Shown: positions 10,593-20,300, counted from the first letter of the stretch. The stretch is 64,000 bases of DNA from an uncultured Butyrivibrio sp. (GCA_946536145.1 CAMNEA010000005.1:16998-80997), one strand, 5' to 3'. Program-made: numbers and translations. The notes: generated by a model not told the origin, from the letters alone.

Positions 10593-11021
10593 TTGAAAAA
10601 GTATAAAATAGGATATACACAGGGCGTGTATGACATGTTCCATATAGGTCATCTTAACCTTCTCAATCATGCGAAAGAGTACTGCGAGCATCTCATCGTG
10701 GGAGTCAACTCGGATGAGCTGGTGGAGGAGTACAAGCACAAGAAGCCTGTGATAAGTGAGGCCGACCGCGCAGAGATAGTAAGGAACATCAAGGCGGTGG
10801 ATGAAGTTGTGATAGCTCATACACTTGATAAAGAAAAAGCGCTTGAGCTGTATCATTTTGATGCTATCTTTATAGGAGATGACTGGAAGGGCAACCCACG
10901 CTGGGAGCAGACGAAGGTTGACCTTGCAAGGCACGGCGTAGATCTCGTTTTCCTTCCGCATACGGAAGGCGTCAGCAGTACGCAGCTAAGGCCTGTGGAA
11001 CAGGACAAGGTCCGCGACTGA
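10593..11021 (+). CDS. TagD-like cytidylyltransferase
   Basis: GVYDMFHIGHLNLL (HxGH) and TEGVSST. TTG start with GGAGG RBS. Confidence 0.9.
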   Translation: MKKYKIGYTQGVYDMFHIGHLNLLNHAKEYCEHLIVGVNSDELVEEYKHKKPVISEADRAEIVRNIKAVDEVVIAHTLDKEKALELYHFDAIFIGDDWKGNPRWEQTKVDLARHGVDLVFLPHTEGVSSTQLRPVEQDKVRD

Positions 11022-11047
11022 AAATATAATTTCAAGGAGTTTATAAA

Positions 11048-11884
11048 GTGGAGAACGAATCAGCATTACAAAGGCTCCAGCACATAGAGCTCGACATGTT
11101 CAAGGAGATCGTTAAGATCTGCGACAGGCATGGACTTACCTATTATCTCAGTGCAGGAACCTTTCTTGGAGCAGTAAGACACAAGGGATTTATTCCCTGG
11201 GACGATGACATGGATATGAGGATGCCTCGTCCTGACTACGAGAAGCTTATCAGATACCTTCACAAGGAACTGCCTGAGCCATATATTGTAAGACACTTTA
11301 TTCATGACCACACTGTTCACAGGTATTTCGCGAGAGTCGAAAATACCAAGGTCAAGTTAAAGAGGACGCACACAGTTAATGAGCAGATCACCAATGCATG
11401 GATAGATATTTTTCCTCTCGATGGAATGCCGGACAACAGGATCCTGGCCAAACTTCGCAAGATTCATCTCCTGTACAGAAAGATGTGGATGCAGATCTCT
11501 GTATTTGATGAGATAGTTGATGTCAAAAAGAAGAGGCCGTGGCAGGAGAGAGTCATAGTTTTCCTTGCAACCCACACACCTCTCCAGAAGATGGTCTCCT
11601 GGGAGAAGTGCTGGAGGAAACTGGACAGAGCACTGAAGGCATATCCGCTGGAGAAGTCCAGATATTATATGAATTTCATGAGTGCCTACAAGTTCAAGGA
11701 TATCATACCAAAGTCCATATATGGCAAGGGTGCGATGTACCCGTTTGAGGATACGAGCTTTAATGGCCCTGAGGACTATGATGGGTTCCTTAAGATTCTT
11801 TATGGGGACTACATGAAGCTTCCTCCGGTAGAGACGAGAGACAAGCACATGCTTGATAAATCCTCGCTTGAGATACTGGAGTGA
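11048..11884 (+). CDS. LicD family phosphotransferase (second copy)
   Basis: AGTFLGAVRHKGFIPWDDDMD, IDIFPLD, YGDYMKLPP. Confidence 0.9.
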   Translation: MENESALQRLQHIELDMFKEIVKICDRHGLTYYLSAGTFLGAVRHKGFIPWDDDMDMRMPRPDYEKLIRYLHKELPEPYIVRHFIHDHTVHRYFARVENTKVKLKRTHTVNEQITNAWIDIFPLDGMPDNRILAKLRKIHLLYRKMWMQISVFDEIVDVKKKRPWQERVIVFLATHTPLQKMVSWEKCWRKLDRALKAYPLEKSRYYMNFMSAYKFKDIIPKSIYGKGAMYPFEDTSFNGPEDYDGFLKILYGDYMKLPPVETRDKHMLDKSSLEILE

Positions 11885-11898
11885 TGAGGTCTAATTTA

Positions 11899-13014
11899 AT
11901 GATAAGAGTATTGCATATAAATGCCGGGTCAGGAATCTACGGAGGAGTCTCGGCATTTTGCCTTAATATATACCGAAATATCAACCGGAATGAGGTGCAG
12001 TTTGATTTTCTTACCCCCAACAGGACAACGTATGGTCAGTTCGAGGAAGAAATCAGAGGATATGGGGGACATATCTATGAACTGGGTATCAATTCCTCTA
12101 CGACAGCCGGCAAGATAAGATTAAGGAAGGCCCTTAAAAAATTCCTGTCAGAGCACACTTATGATATCATCCACGTCAATGCCGGAGTACTGTTTTTTAA
12201 CTGTGTAGTTGCATCTGCCTGCAGACAATACAGTAACGCCAGGATATTCGTCCATTCACACAACAATGGAGGCAGGTCCAGGCTGAAGGAGAGGCTGTCC
12301 TATCCACTGAAGCTCTTTCTCTCAAAACAGGCGGATTGTCAGCTGGCATGTTCCGTATCCGCAGCAGAGTATATGTTCCCTAAGGCTACAGTGCCATCAA
12401 CCAATGTGATAAACAATGGCATCATGGCAGATAAGTTCAGGTTTGACCAGGGTGTGCGCAATAGCGTAAGACAAGAGCTGGATTTGGAAGATAGGTTTGT
12501 TGTAGGACATGTCGGAAGATTTACGAGGCAGAAGAATCATGAATTTCTCATAGATCTCTTTGCCGGAATAAAAGAGGATAGAAGCGATGCAGCTCTGATG
12601 CTGGTCGGTGAAGGACCTCTTATGGATTCTGTCAGAGCCAGAGTCTGGGAAAAAGGCCTTGAAGGAGATGTCCTTTTCCTTGGGGCGAGAAGCGATACAG
12701 CAAGGCTCTATCAGGCGATGGATGTTTTTGTGCTCCCATCGGTATTTGAGGGATTTGGCATTGTCAATATAGAGGCGCAGACGGCAGGGCTTAAGTGTGT
12801 TACATCATCTGTTGTACCGGAGGCGGTGAACATTACAGGAAATGTGGTAAGGATTCCCTTGGATGCTCCCGGGCAGGACTGGATCAGACAGATCTGTGAT
12901 ACGCCTTCTGTAAGGAGAGACTACTCAGAGGTTACCAAAGAAAAGGGATTTGACATGGTAACGTCTGCGGTCAGGCTGGAATCATTGTACAAGGAAGCAG
13001 TTTCACATGAGTAA
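11899..13014 (+). CDS. GT4 (GT-B) glycosyltransferase, EpsF/CapH-like
   Basis: HSHN, GHVGRF..QKNH, PSVFEGFGIVNIEAQ. Confidence 0.9.
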   Translation: MIRVLHINAGSGIYGGVSAFCLNIYRNINRNEVQFDFLTPNRTTYGQFEEEIRGYGGHIYELGINSSTTAGKIRLRKALKKFLSEHTYDIIHVNAGVLFFNCVVASACRQYSNARIFVHSHNNGGRSRLKERLSYPLKLFLSKQADCQLACSVSAAEYMFPKATVPSTNVINNGIMADKFRFDQGVRNSVRQELDLEDRFVVGHVGRFTRQKNHEFLIDLFAGIKEDRSDAALMLVGEGPLMDSVRARVWEKGLEGDVLFLGARSDTARLYQAMDVFVLPSVFEGFGIVNIEAQTAGLKCVTSSVVPEAVNITGNVVRIPLDAPGQDWIRQICDTPSVRRDYSEVTKEKGFDMVTSAVRLESLYKEAVSHE

Positions 13015-14086
13015 ACTATTCGGAATACTGACATATCACAATGCAAATAACTATGGCGCTGCGCTGCAGGCCTTTGCCCTACAGAGGTTTCTGAAGGATA
13101 ATTTCGGAGAAGATCAGGCTGAGATTATAGACTATCAGTGCGAGGGTGTGAAAAAGCAGAGGAATTACCGCTATGTTGCCGGAAGACAGAATCCCATAAA
13201 GGGCTTGCTGCACTACTATCTGGCAATCTCCCGTATTAAAAAGATTGAGGATTTCTGCAGAAAGCATATGAGCCTGTCCCCAAAAGTAGGAAGCCGAGGT
13301 GCTCTTAAGGGGATTGCGGATAATTACAGCTTCCTTGTATCAGGCAGTGACCAGGTCTGGAACAGGAAGTGGACAGGCGGGGAGGATACTTATCTGCAGG
13401 ATTTTCACGACCTGCACGAAAAAAAAGTCTCCTACGCTGCAAGCTTTGGCGTTTCTGAGATCCCTGAGGATTGGAGAGAGGATTACAAAAAGCTTCTGTC
13501 TGATTTTGCAAGGATATCTGTCCGGGAAGAAGCAGGAAGAGAGCTGGTTTCACAGCAGTTTGGACTTAGGGCGGATCTGCATATGGACCCAACGCTCCTT
13601 ATACCAAAGGAAAGCTGGTGCAGTATAGCAGCATCTTTAGCGCCAAGAAAGCCCTACGTTCTTGTTTACATGGTTCCCTACCAGGAGACTGTGTACCGGA
13701 AGGCCAGAAAGCTTGCTGATGACAAGGGACTTGATCTTTATGTCGTAAGTAAGAGCTTAAAGCATTATAATAAATACTATAAGGGCAACAGTGCTGTAGA
13801 GGAAATTCTGGCACTGTTTCGGGATGCCGATTATGTTGTTACCAATTCCTTCCACGGAACTGCATTTTCAATCATTTTTGAAAAGAAGTTTCTGGTTGTG
13901 CTTGATAACAAGTACGGATACAACATAAGAAGCGCTCAGCTGATAACCACCTGCAAGGCTGCGGACCTAAGTGGCAGACCGGATGAGGCAGAGTGCTTTG
14001 ATGTTGACTGGGGCAGTGTGGAAGGCATTCTTGCTGCCGAAAGAGAGAGAATCAGGGGATATTTTTCAGACATTATCGGGAGGTAA
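13007..14086 (+). CDS. Polysaccharide pyruvyl transferase family protein
   Basis: NYGAALQAFAL, GSDQVWN, SYAASFG, ISVRE, DPTLL, TNSFHGTAFS. Confidence 0.9.
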   Translation: MSKLFGILTYHNANNYGAALQAFALQRFLKDNFGEDQAEIIDYQCEGVKKQRNYRYVAGRQNPIKGLLHYYLAISRIKKIEDFCRKHMSLSPKVGSRGALKGIADNYSFLVSGSDQVWNRKWTGGEDTYLQDFHDLHEKKVSYAASFGVSEIPEDWREDYKKLLSDFARISVREEAGRELVSQQFGLRADLHMDPTLLIPKESWCSIAASLAPRKPYVLVYMVPYQETVYRKARKLADDKGLDLYVVSKSLKHYNKYYKGNSAVEEILALFRDADYVVTNSFHGTAFSIIFEKKFLVVLDNKYGYNIRSAQLITTCKAADLSGRPDEAECFDVDWGSVEGILAAERERIRGYFSDIIGR

Positions 14087-14089
14087 CTT

Positions 14090-15424
14090 TTGAAAAAAGT
14101 AATTACTTATGGTACCTATGATCTGCTTCACTACGGACACATAAGGCTCCTTGAAAGAGCCAAAGAACTTGGGGACTATCTGATAGTCGGTGTTACTGCT
14201 GATGACTTTGACAAGGCAAGGGGCAAGATCAATGTGCAGCAGTCCCTGAGTGAGAGGATAGAGGCGGTGCGCAAGACCGGTATCGCTGATGAGATAATTG
14301 CTGAGGAGTATGAGGGCCAGAAGATTGACGACATTATCAAGTACAATGTCGATATATTTACTGTGGGCACTGACTGGGTCGGATATTTTGATTATCTCAA
14401 GGAGTACTGCGAGGTTGTATATCTCCCACGCACGGAAGGGGTATCAAGCTCTGAGATACGGGAGAAAAAAAGGAATCTGAATCTGGGCATTGTTGGTAAT
14501 TCTCCGTTTCTCCATAAAGTTATCAACGAGGGTCAGTATGTAAACGGGCTTTGCATATCAGGAATGTATACTGATAACAGGAGCAGGTTTGAAAAAAAGG
14601 TCACCAATCTGGTGGATTCCTATGAGGATCTTCTATCTGTTTCTGATGCTATTTATGTACACGCTATGCCGGCTCAGCACTACGAGCTTACTAAAAAGGC
14701 AATTCTGGCGGGCAAGCACGTACTTTGCGAATCGCCGATAGCGCTTAAAAAGGCTGAGTGTGAGGAACTGTTCGAACTGGCCGCGGAGCATGGTGTGCAG
14801 CTCATAGAGGCGCTTAAGACAGCTTATTCATTGGCCTTTCACAGGCTTCTTCTCATGGTAAAAGGCGGTAAGATAGGAGATATCATCTCTGTCGATGCTG
14901 TCTGCACAAGTCTTAAGGACTATGAAGAACTTGAAAGAAAAGAGTGGGGGTCACTGTGGAACAGTATGGCGGGATGGGGGCCGACGGCTCTTTTACCGAT
15001 TTTCCAGCTCCTTGGGACCGAATATACGAGCTGCGAACTGACTGGCCGCTATATCGATGATGATCACACCTTTGACATATTTGCCAAGGCTGCTTTTGGA
15101 TTCCCCAAGGCACTTGCCTCCATGAAGGTTGGAAATGGTGTCAAGTCTGAGGGCGAACTTATCATATCAGGAACCAAGGGATATATTTATGTTCCTGCGC
15201 CCTGGTGGAAGACAGACTATTTTGAAATACGATATGAGAATCCTGCTGATAACAAGAGATACTTCTACCAGCTTGAGGGAGAAGGCATCAGAAATGAGCT
15301 TGTTGCATTTAACAAGTGCGTGGAATTTGGCAAGCCGGATTATTACATAACCAGGAATGTATCTGTTGCGATTGCCCAGGTTATGGAAATGTTTGAAGAC
15401 AAAGACAAGGTTAGGATTATTTAG
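14090..15424 (+). CDS. Bifunctional TagD-like cytidylyltransferase / Gfo-Idh-MocA oxidoreductase
   Basis: N-terminal TYGTYDLLHYGH...RTEGVSSS. C-terminal NAD(P)-binding domain with H(9x)GKHVLCESP. Confidence 0.85.
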   Translation: MKKVITYGTYDLLHYGHIRLLERAKELGDYLIVGVTADDFDKARGKINVQQSLSERIEAVRKTGIADEIIAEEYEGQKIDDIIKYNVDIFTVGTDWVGYFDYLKEYCEVVYLPRTEGVSSSEIREKKRNLNLGIVGNSPFLHKVINEGQYVNGLCISGMYTDNRSRFEKKVTNLVDSYEDLLSVSDAIYVHAMPAQHYELTKKAILAGKHVLCESPIALKKAECEELFELAAEHGVQLIEALKTAYSLAFHRLLLMVKGGKIGDIISVDAVCTSLKDYEELERKEWGSLWNSMAGWGPTALLPIFQLLGTEYTSCELTGRYIDDDHTFDIFAKAAFGFPKALASMKVGNGVKSEGELIISGTKGYIYVPAPWWKTDYFEIRYENPADNKRYFYQLEGEGIRNELVAFNKCVEFGKPDYYITRNVSVAIAQVMEMFEDKDKVRII

Positions 15425-15428
15425 TTAT

Positions 15429-16640
15429 ATGAGCTCCAGGCTTAGTGTTAAAAAGAAGATGCTTGTGTATATACTTGCGTTCATGCCTTTTCTGACGATC
15501 GCATCTTTTTTGATGCCAGGAATTGTGAATAAGTTCTTTCGAGTTTATGTACTGGCAGTTTCAATGCTCTATATTGCATACTATATAAAAAGGCAGTATA
15601 TCACGAGGGCAGACTTTATTTTTTTCAGTTTCCAGGTGGCGATTCTTTTTTCAACGGTGATCAACGCAGGGGATCTTACACATCAGATATACCGCATGGT
15701 CACTGTCATAGGCTTTATCGCCATGTTCAAGACCAATCTAAGAGACGATCCAAGACTTTTCCTCAAAGCTGTCTGCATTTACGGGGTGACGCTCAGCGTC
15801 TTGACAGCTCTTACCATGTTCATATACTATGTCCCCGGGGAGTATAAAGGAGGCATGAGGCCTGATGTGGGTATGAGGCTGGACTACGGCAGGAGAGTCT
15901 CTGGAAACCAGTATCTCATGGGTGTTGACAACGTATCCTTCTTCTATATCTTTACAATCCTGATCATTTTCTGTGTATATGAACTTAATTACAAAAAGAA
16001 GCTTTCAAAGCTGTTCTACGGGACATATATATTTATTGCCGCGGCGTTTGTTTATGTGAGATCAGCAACAGCCATTTTGTGTTTTGCTGCAGGCGCTGTC
16101 ATTATTCTTTTGGTCAATGAAAGAGATTTTGTATTAAAGCTCTTTTCGTTTGTAAATTACAGGCTGGGACTTTTTGCAGTCGTTGCCTTCTTTGTGCTTA
16201 TTGTATGGCTCAGAAGGCAGGATATATTTGAATTCCTGATTGTCGGTGTCCTTGGCAAGTCTATGACACTTACAAGGAGAACCCAGATATGGGACTTTGC
16301 GCTTAGAGAGATAGTTCAACGGCCTTTGTTTGGAACAGGGCTTCAGACAGATGCTTATAATTTTGCTCTTTTCAGGGTAAATCATGTGCACAACGTGATA
16401 ATGGAACTTTTGTATGAAGGCGGATTTGTGACGTTGATACTGTTTATTGGCGGCGTTGTGGGATATTGCAGAGAACTTGCGCGACTGAAAAATCAAAAAA
16501 TACTTTTCGTTTTGTCCGGAGGTGTGATAGTATACCTTCTATGCGCGTGTCTTGATTTTTATCCGCACATTTTTTTGCCATATTCACTGTTTCTTTTATG
16601 TGAGAATGCTCATGTTTTGAGTTCTCGGGAGATTTTATGA
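15429..16640 (+). CDS. wzy: Wzy polymerase / O-antigen-ligase-like membrane protein
   Basis: About 11 TM segments, RSAT, TLTRRTQIW, PLFGTG, HVHN; next to a flippase. Confidence 0.7.
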   Translation: MSSRLSVKKKMLVYILAFMPFLTIASFLMPGIVNKFFRVYVLAVSMLYIAYYIKRQYITRADFIFFSFQVAILFSTVINAGDLTHQIYRMVTVIGFIAMFKTNLRDDPRLFLKAVCIYGVTLSVLTALTMFIYYVPGEYKGGMRPDVGMRLDYGRRVSGNQYLMGVDNVSFFYIFTILIIFCVYELNYKKKLSKLFYGTYIFIAAAFVYVRSATAILCFAAGAVIILLVNERDFVLKLFSFVNYRLGLFAVVAFFVLIVWLRRQDIFEFLIVGVLGKSMTLTRRTQIWDFALREIVQRPLFGTGLQTDAYNFALFRVNHVHNVIMELLYEGGFVTLILFIGGVVGYCRELARLKNQKILFVLSGGVIVYLLCACLDFYPHIFLPYSLFLLCENAHVLSSREIL

Positions 16641-18052
16641 GTAGAGAGAGTAAACTGGCAAAGAACACGCTGATAATATCGATCGGAACTTTTTTGCCCA
16701 AGCTTGCTTCCTTTATCACTCTTCCGATTTTAACGGGATGTCTGACCAAGGAAGAATACGGCACCTACGACCTGATAACAGTGCTTGTTTCTTTGCTCCT
16801 TCCAACTGTTACGCTGCAGATACAGGTTGCAGCATTCAGATTCCTGATAGATTGCAGGGATGATGAGAAGAGGATCAGCAGTATCGTTACAAATATTCTT
16901 GCCTTTATCGTTCCTACGTCGCTGGCTGCTGTAGTCGTACTGTTTTTCGTAATGTTCAAGATCGATGTCTGGGTAAGGCTGTTCATTTGCCTGTATTTTG
17001 CGGCCGATATTTTTGTCAATGCCGCCAGACAGATCGCAAGGGGCCTTGATAAGAACATGTCCTACTCGCTGAGCGCTATATTCTCAGCTGCCGGCAAGAT
17101 CATATTCACGCTTGTCTGCGTTTATTACCTGAGGATGGGGCTTCTAGGAACGACGATAGCTCTGTTTGCGGCTTCGACCTTCTCGCTGATCTATCTTCTT
17201 CTGAGGGCAAGACTCTTTAGGTTTGTTGATCCTAGCAGCTTTGACAGGCAGCTTCTTGTTGAGATGCTAAAGTATTCGTGGCCAATGATACCCAACAGCC
17301 TCTCAAACTGGGTTATGAGAGTGTCCGACCGCTTCGTCGTGACTGCTGTCATGGGGGTTTCAGCCAATGCCATTTATGCCGTAGCCAATAAACTGCCAAG
17401 CCTTCTGTATATTGCACAGAATACGTTTACTCTTGCGTGGCAGGAGAACGCATCACTTGTTTCCAAGGATAAAGATGCCAGTGAGTACTATTCGCTGATG
17501 TTCAGGACAATGTATGATCTGATGGCAGGATCCCTTGGACTTTTGATCGCAGCGACGCCTATTCTCTTTAAGATCCTTATCAGGGGCGATTACGGCGAGG
17601 CATATTTTCAGATGCCAATCCTCTTTCTTGGTATGTTCTTTTTCAGTATGTCAACATACCTGGGCGGAATCTATGTGGCATATATGAAGTCAAGGAGTGT
17701 CGGACTCACAACGACAGTTGCTGCGATAGTCAATCTTGTTACGGATATTGCTTCGATTAAATGGATTGGACTATATGCTGCTTCCGGTTCAACTCTGGTT
17801 GCTTATATATTCCTGTTTGTCTATAGGGCAATTGATGTTCAGAAGATCATCAGGGTAAAAATAGGCATTATGCACTGCTCGCTGGTACTGGCGGTGATGA
17901 TCCTGGAGAGTGTACTGTGCTATATGCAAAGGACGGTGCTGGACGTTATAAATCTTATTGTGGGAATATGTGTTTTCCTTGTGCTGAATAAATCGTTCGT
18001 AAGGGCGGTATTAAAGAAAGCACGGAAAATGATCAAAAGACGGGTAGGATGA
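16637..18052 (+). CDS. wzx: Wzx oligosaccharide flippase
   Basis: LAKNTLI, EYGTYDL, YSWPMIPN, SDRF, YAVANK; polytopic MOP-type protein. Confidence 0.85.
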   Translation: MSRESKLAKNTLIISIGTFLPKLASFITLPILTGCLTKEEYGTYDLITVLVSLLLPTVTLQIQVAAFRFLIDCRDDEKRISSIVTNILAFIVPTSLAAVVVLFFVMFKIDVWVRLFICLYFAADIFVNAARQIARGLDKNMSYSLSAIFSAAGKIIFTLVCVYYLRMGLLGTTIALFAASTFSLIYLLLRARLFRFVDPSSFDRQLLVEMLKYSWPMIPNSLSNWVMRVSDRFVVTAVMGVSANAIYAVANKLPSLLYIAQNTFTLAWQENASLVSKDKDASEYYSLMFRTMYDLMAGSLGLLIAATPILFKILIRGDYGEAYFQMPILFLGMFFFSMSTYLGGIYVAYMKSRSVGLTTTVAAIVNLVTDIASIKWIGLYAASGSTLVAYIFLFVYRAIDVQKIIRVKIGIMHCSLVLAVMILESVLCYMQRTVLDVINLIVGICVFLVLNKSFVRAVLKKARKMIKRRVG

Positions 18053-18053
18053 A

Positions 18054-18254
18054 ATGGATAATGTAAAAGACAAACCTCCGGTATTATATAAGAATAAAAA
18101 CGAATGCTGTGGATGCTCGGCATGCTATGCTATTTGTCCGGTGGAGGCAATAACTATGGAACCGGATGAAGAGGGATTTTTGTATCCGGTCATAGATCCT
18201 CTGAAATGTATTTCGTGCCATCAGTGTGTTGGCGTATGTGTTTTCAAAAAATAA
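18054..18254 (+). CDS. 2x[4Fe-4S] ferredoxin-like protein
   Basis: CCGCSACYAICP and CISCHQCVGVC. Confidence 0.8.
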   Translation: MDNVKDKPPVLYKNKNECCGCSACYAICPVEAITMEPDEEGFLYPVIDPLKCISCHQCVGVCVFKK

Positions 18255-18277
18255 GTGGGACCAGGAGCTGTGAACCT

Positions 18278-19213
18278 ATGGAAACTAAAGTTTATGCTGG
18301 AAGGGCTAAAGACAGAGAAATATTAAGCCATTGTTCTTCGGGTGGAGCTTTTACTGTACTGTCGGATGAATTCCTGGAACATGGGAATGCTGTCCTCTGT
18401 GCCGGTTACAATTATGAGTCGCGTCAGACAGAATTCAGGCTCGTATTTGACAAAACTGAGAGGGATAGATGCAGAGGCTCTATGTATATGCAGAGCTATG
18501 CGCTTGATTCCTGGAAAAAGGCGCTCAAATGGCTTACGGATAACCCTGATAAGGAGCTGATTTTCTTTGGTGTTGGCTGTCAGGGGGCTGCTTTCAAGGA
18601 GTTTGCGTCAAGAAAAGGGATTCTTAGTCGTGTTACAATTGTAGACATTATCTGTCATGGATCTCCAAGTCCCATGATATGGAAAGAATATGCAAAGGGA
18701 CTTGAAGAAGATGGAAAGCTTAGCAGTATTAACTTCCGGGATAAGCGGACAGGTTGGAACAAATCTGTTGGGATTGCCCGGATTGGAGATAAGGAAATCT
18801 CTTTATCTAAGTGGAAAAAGGCATACAGCAGCAAAGTAATGTTCAGACCCTGCTGCTCTAAATGCCACTATACCAGGACAGACAGGGCAACGGATATCAC
18901 AATTGGGGATTTCTGGCATCTGGAGGATAAGATGCCTGACTTCTTTGATCCTATGGGTACATCTGTCTTCCTGATACATACAGATAAGGGAATGCAGCTT
19001 TTTGATTCGGTCAGAAACAGACTTGACTACAGAGAGAGCAATACAAAAGACTGCTGGCAGATGAATCTCGAGCGTCCAACGACCCATGCCGCAGACAGAG
19101 AGGACTTCTGGAAAGATTACAGGAAAAAGGGCATTGATTTTGTCATGAACAAATATGGCACCAACAATCTGACGCGAAAACTGCAGAGAAAGTTCCGCTC
19201 TCTTTTAAAATAA
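18278..19213 (+). CDS. Coenzyme F420 hydrogenase/dehydrogenase beta-subunit (FrhB)-like protein
   Basis: SSGGAF, GSMYMQS, GVGCQ, DIICHGSPSP, FRDK, RPCC..C, DITIGDFW. Confidence 0.85.
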   Translation: METKVYAGRAKDREILSHCSSGGAFTVLSDEFLEHGNAVLCAGYNYESRQTEFRLVFDKTERDRCRGSMYMQSYALDSWKKALKWLTDNPDKELIFFGVGCQGAAFKEFASRKGILSRVTIVDIICHGSPSPMIWKEYAKGLEEDGKLSSINFRDKRTGWNKSVGIARIGDKEISLSKWKKAYSSKVMFRPCCSKCHYTRTDRATDITIGDFWHLEDKMPDFFDPMGTSVFLIHTDKGMQLFDSVRNRLDYRESNTKDCWQMNLERPTTHAADREDFWKDYRKKGIDFVMNKYGTNNLTRKLQRKFRSLLK

Positions 19214-19220
19214 TGCTGAT

Positions 19221-19249
19221 TTGATATATATATGATAATTATGTATAAT
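19221..19249 (+). promoter_or_regulatory. sigma-A promoter
   Basis: TTGATA-N17-TATAAT in the intergenic gap. Confidence 0.55.
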
Positions 19250-19298
19250 TAGTCGTGTTTTAACAGATAACAACAAAAATAATAAATGGAGAGATATC

Positions 19299-20300
19299 GT
19301 GAAACTAATCATTCAGATTCCTTGTTACAATGAAGCAGAGACGCTGGAAGTCGCACTTAATGATCTTCCTAAGCACATAGACGGCGTGGATGAAATAGAA
19401 TACCTGATTATTAATGACGGCAGTAAGGACAACACTGTCGAGGTTGCAAGGCGCTGGGGAGTGCATCATATCATAAGCTTCAAACAGAACAAGGGACTTG
19501 CCAGGGGCTTTATGGCAGGACTCGATGGATGCCTTAGGTGCGGAGCTGACATAATTGTCAATACAGATGCTGATGACCAGTACAACGGCGATGATATCGA
19601 GAAGATTGTAAGACCTATTCTTAATGGTGAGGCTGATTATGTTATAGGTGCAAGGCCCATTGATGACACAGAGCACTTTTCCTATGTCAAAAAGAAGCTG
19701 CAGCATCTTGGCAGCTGGGTTGTGAGAAAGGCCTCTGATACGTCCGTGCCGGATGCACCTAGCGGGTTCAGGGCTATGAGCCGCGAAGCTGCCATGAGGA
19801 TGAATGTGGTAAATGATTATACCTATACTCTTGAGACCATTGTTCAGGCAGGAAGAGAGCGTATAGCAATTGCAAGTGTTCCAATAAGGACCAATGCTGA
19901 GCTCAGACCTTCAAGGCTGTTTAAGAGCATGCTCGGATATGTCAAGAAGTCGATGCTCACGATTTTCAGAGCGTATGCTATGTACAGGCCTCTGAAGGCA
20001 TTTACGCTTCTTAGTATCCCGTTTATTATTATCGGTATTATTGTCTGGATCAGATTTTTAATATTTGTGGCACAGAAGGTAGCCAGTGGACATATTCAGT
20101 CTCTTATTCTTGGCTGTACATTTATAATCATTGGTGTACTTATCTTTGTGATCGGAGTATTGGCAGATACAATAGCCGCCAATAGGAGGATTCTGCAGGA
20201 TGTGCAGTACCATGTAAGACGCCTTGAATATGGTGATTCGGGCAGTGACCTCACACACAATGATACTGCAAAGGGTGCGGATAATAAGGCTGAGAGATAG
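19299..20300 (+). CDS. GT2 polyprenol-phosphate glycosyltransferase (DPM-synthase/GtrB-like) with two C-terminal TM helices
   Basis: IPCYNE, INDGSKD, NTDADDQY, DAPSGFRA. Confidence 0.85.
   Translation: MKLIIQIPCYNEAETLEVALNDLPKHIDGVDEIEYLIINDGSKDNTVEVARRWGVHHIISFKQNKGLARGFMAGLDGCLRCGADIIVNTDADDQYNGDDIEKIVRPILNGEADYVIGARPIDDTEHFSYVKKKLQHLGSWVVRKASDTSVPDAPSGFRAMSREAAMRMNVVNDYTYTLETIVQAGRERIAIASVPIRTNAELRPSRLFKSMLGYVKKSMLTIFRAYAMYRPLKAFTLLSIPFIIIGIIVWIRFLIFVAQKVASGHIQSLILGCTFIIIGVLIFVIGVLADTIAANRRILQDVQYHVRRLEYGDSGSDLTHNDTAKGADNKAER

Noticed and set aside
18278-19213. True F420-reducing hydrogenase
   Set aside because: There are no alpha/gamma subunits or maturation genes, and the context is a bacterial glycan locus.
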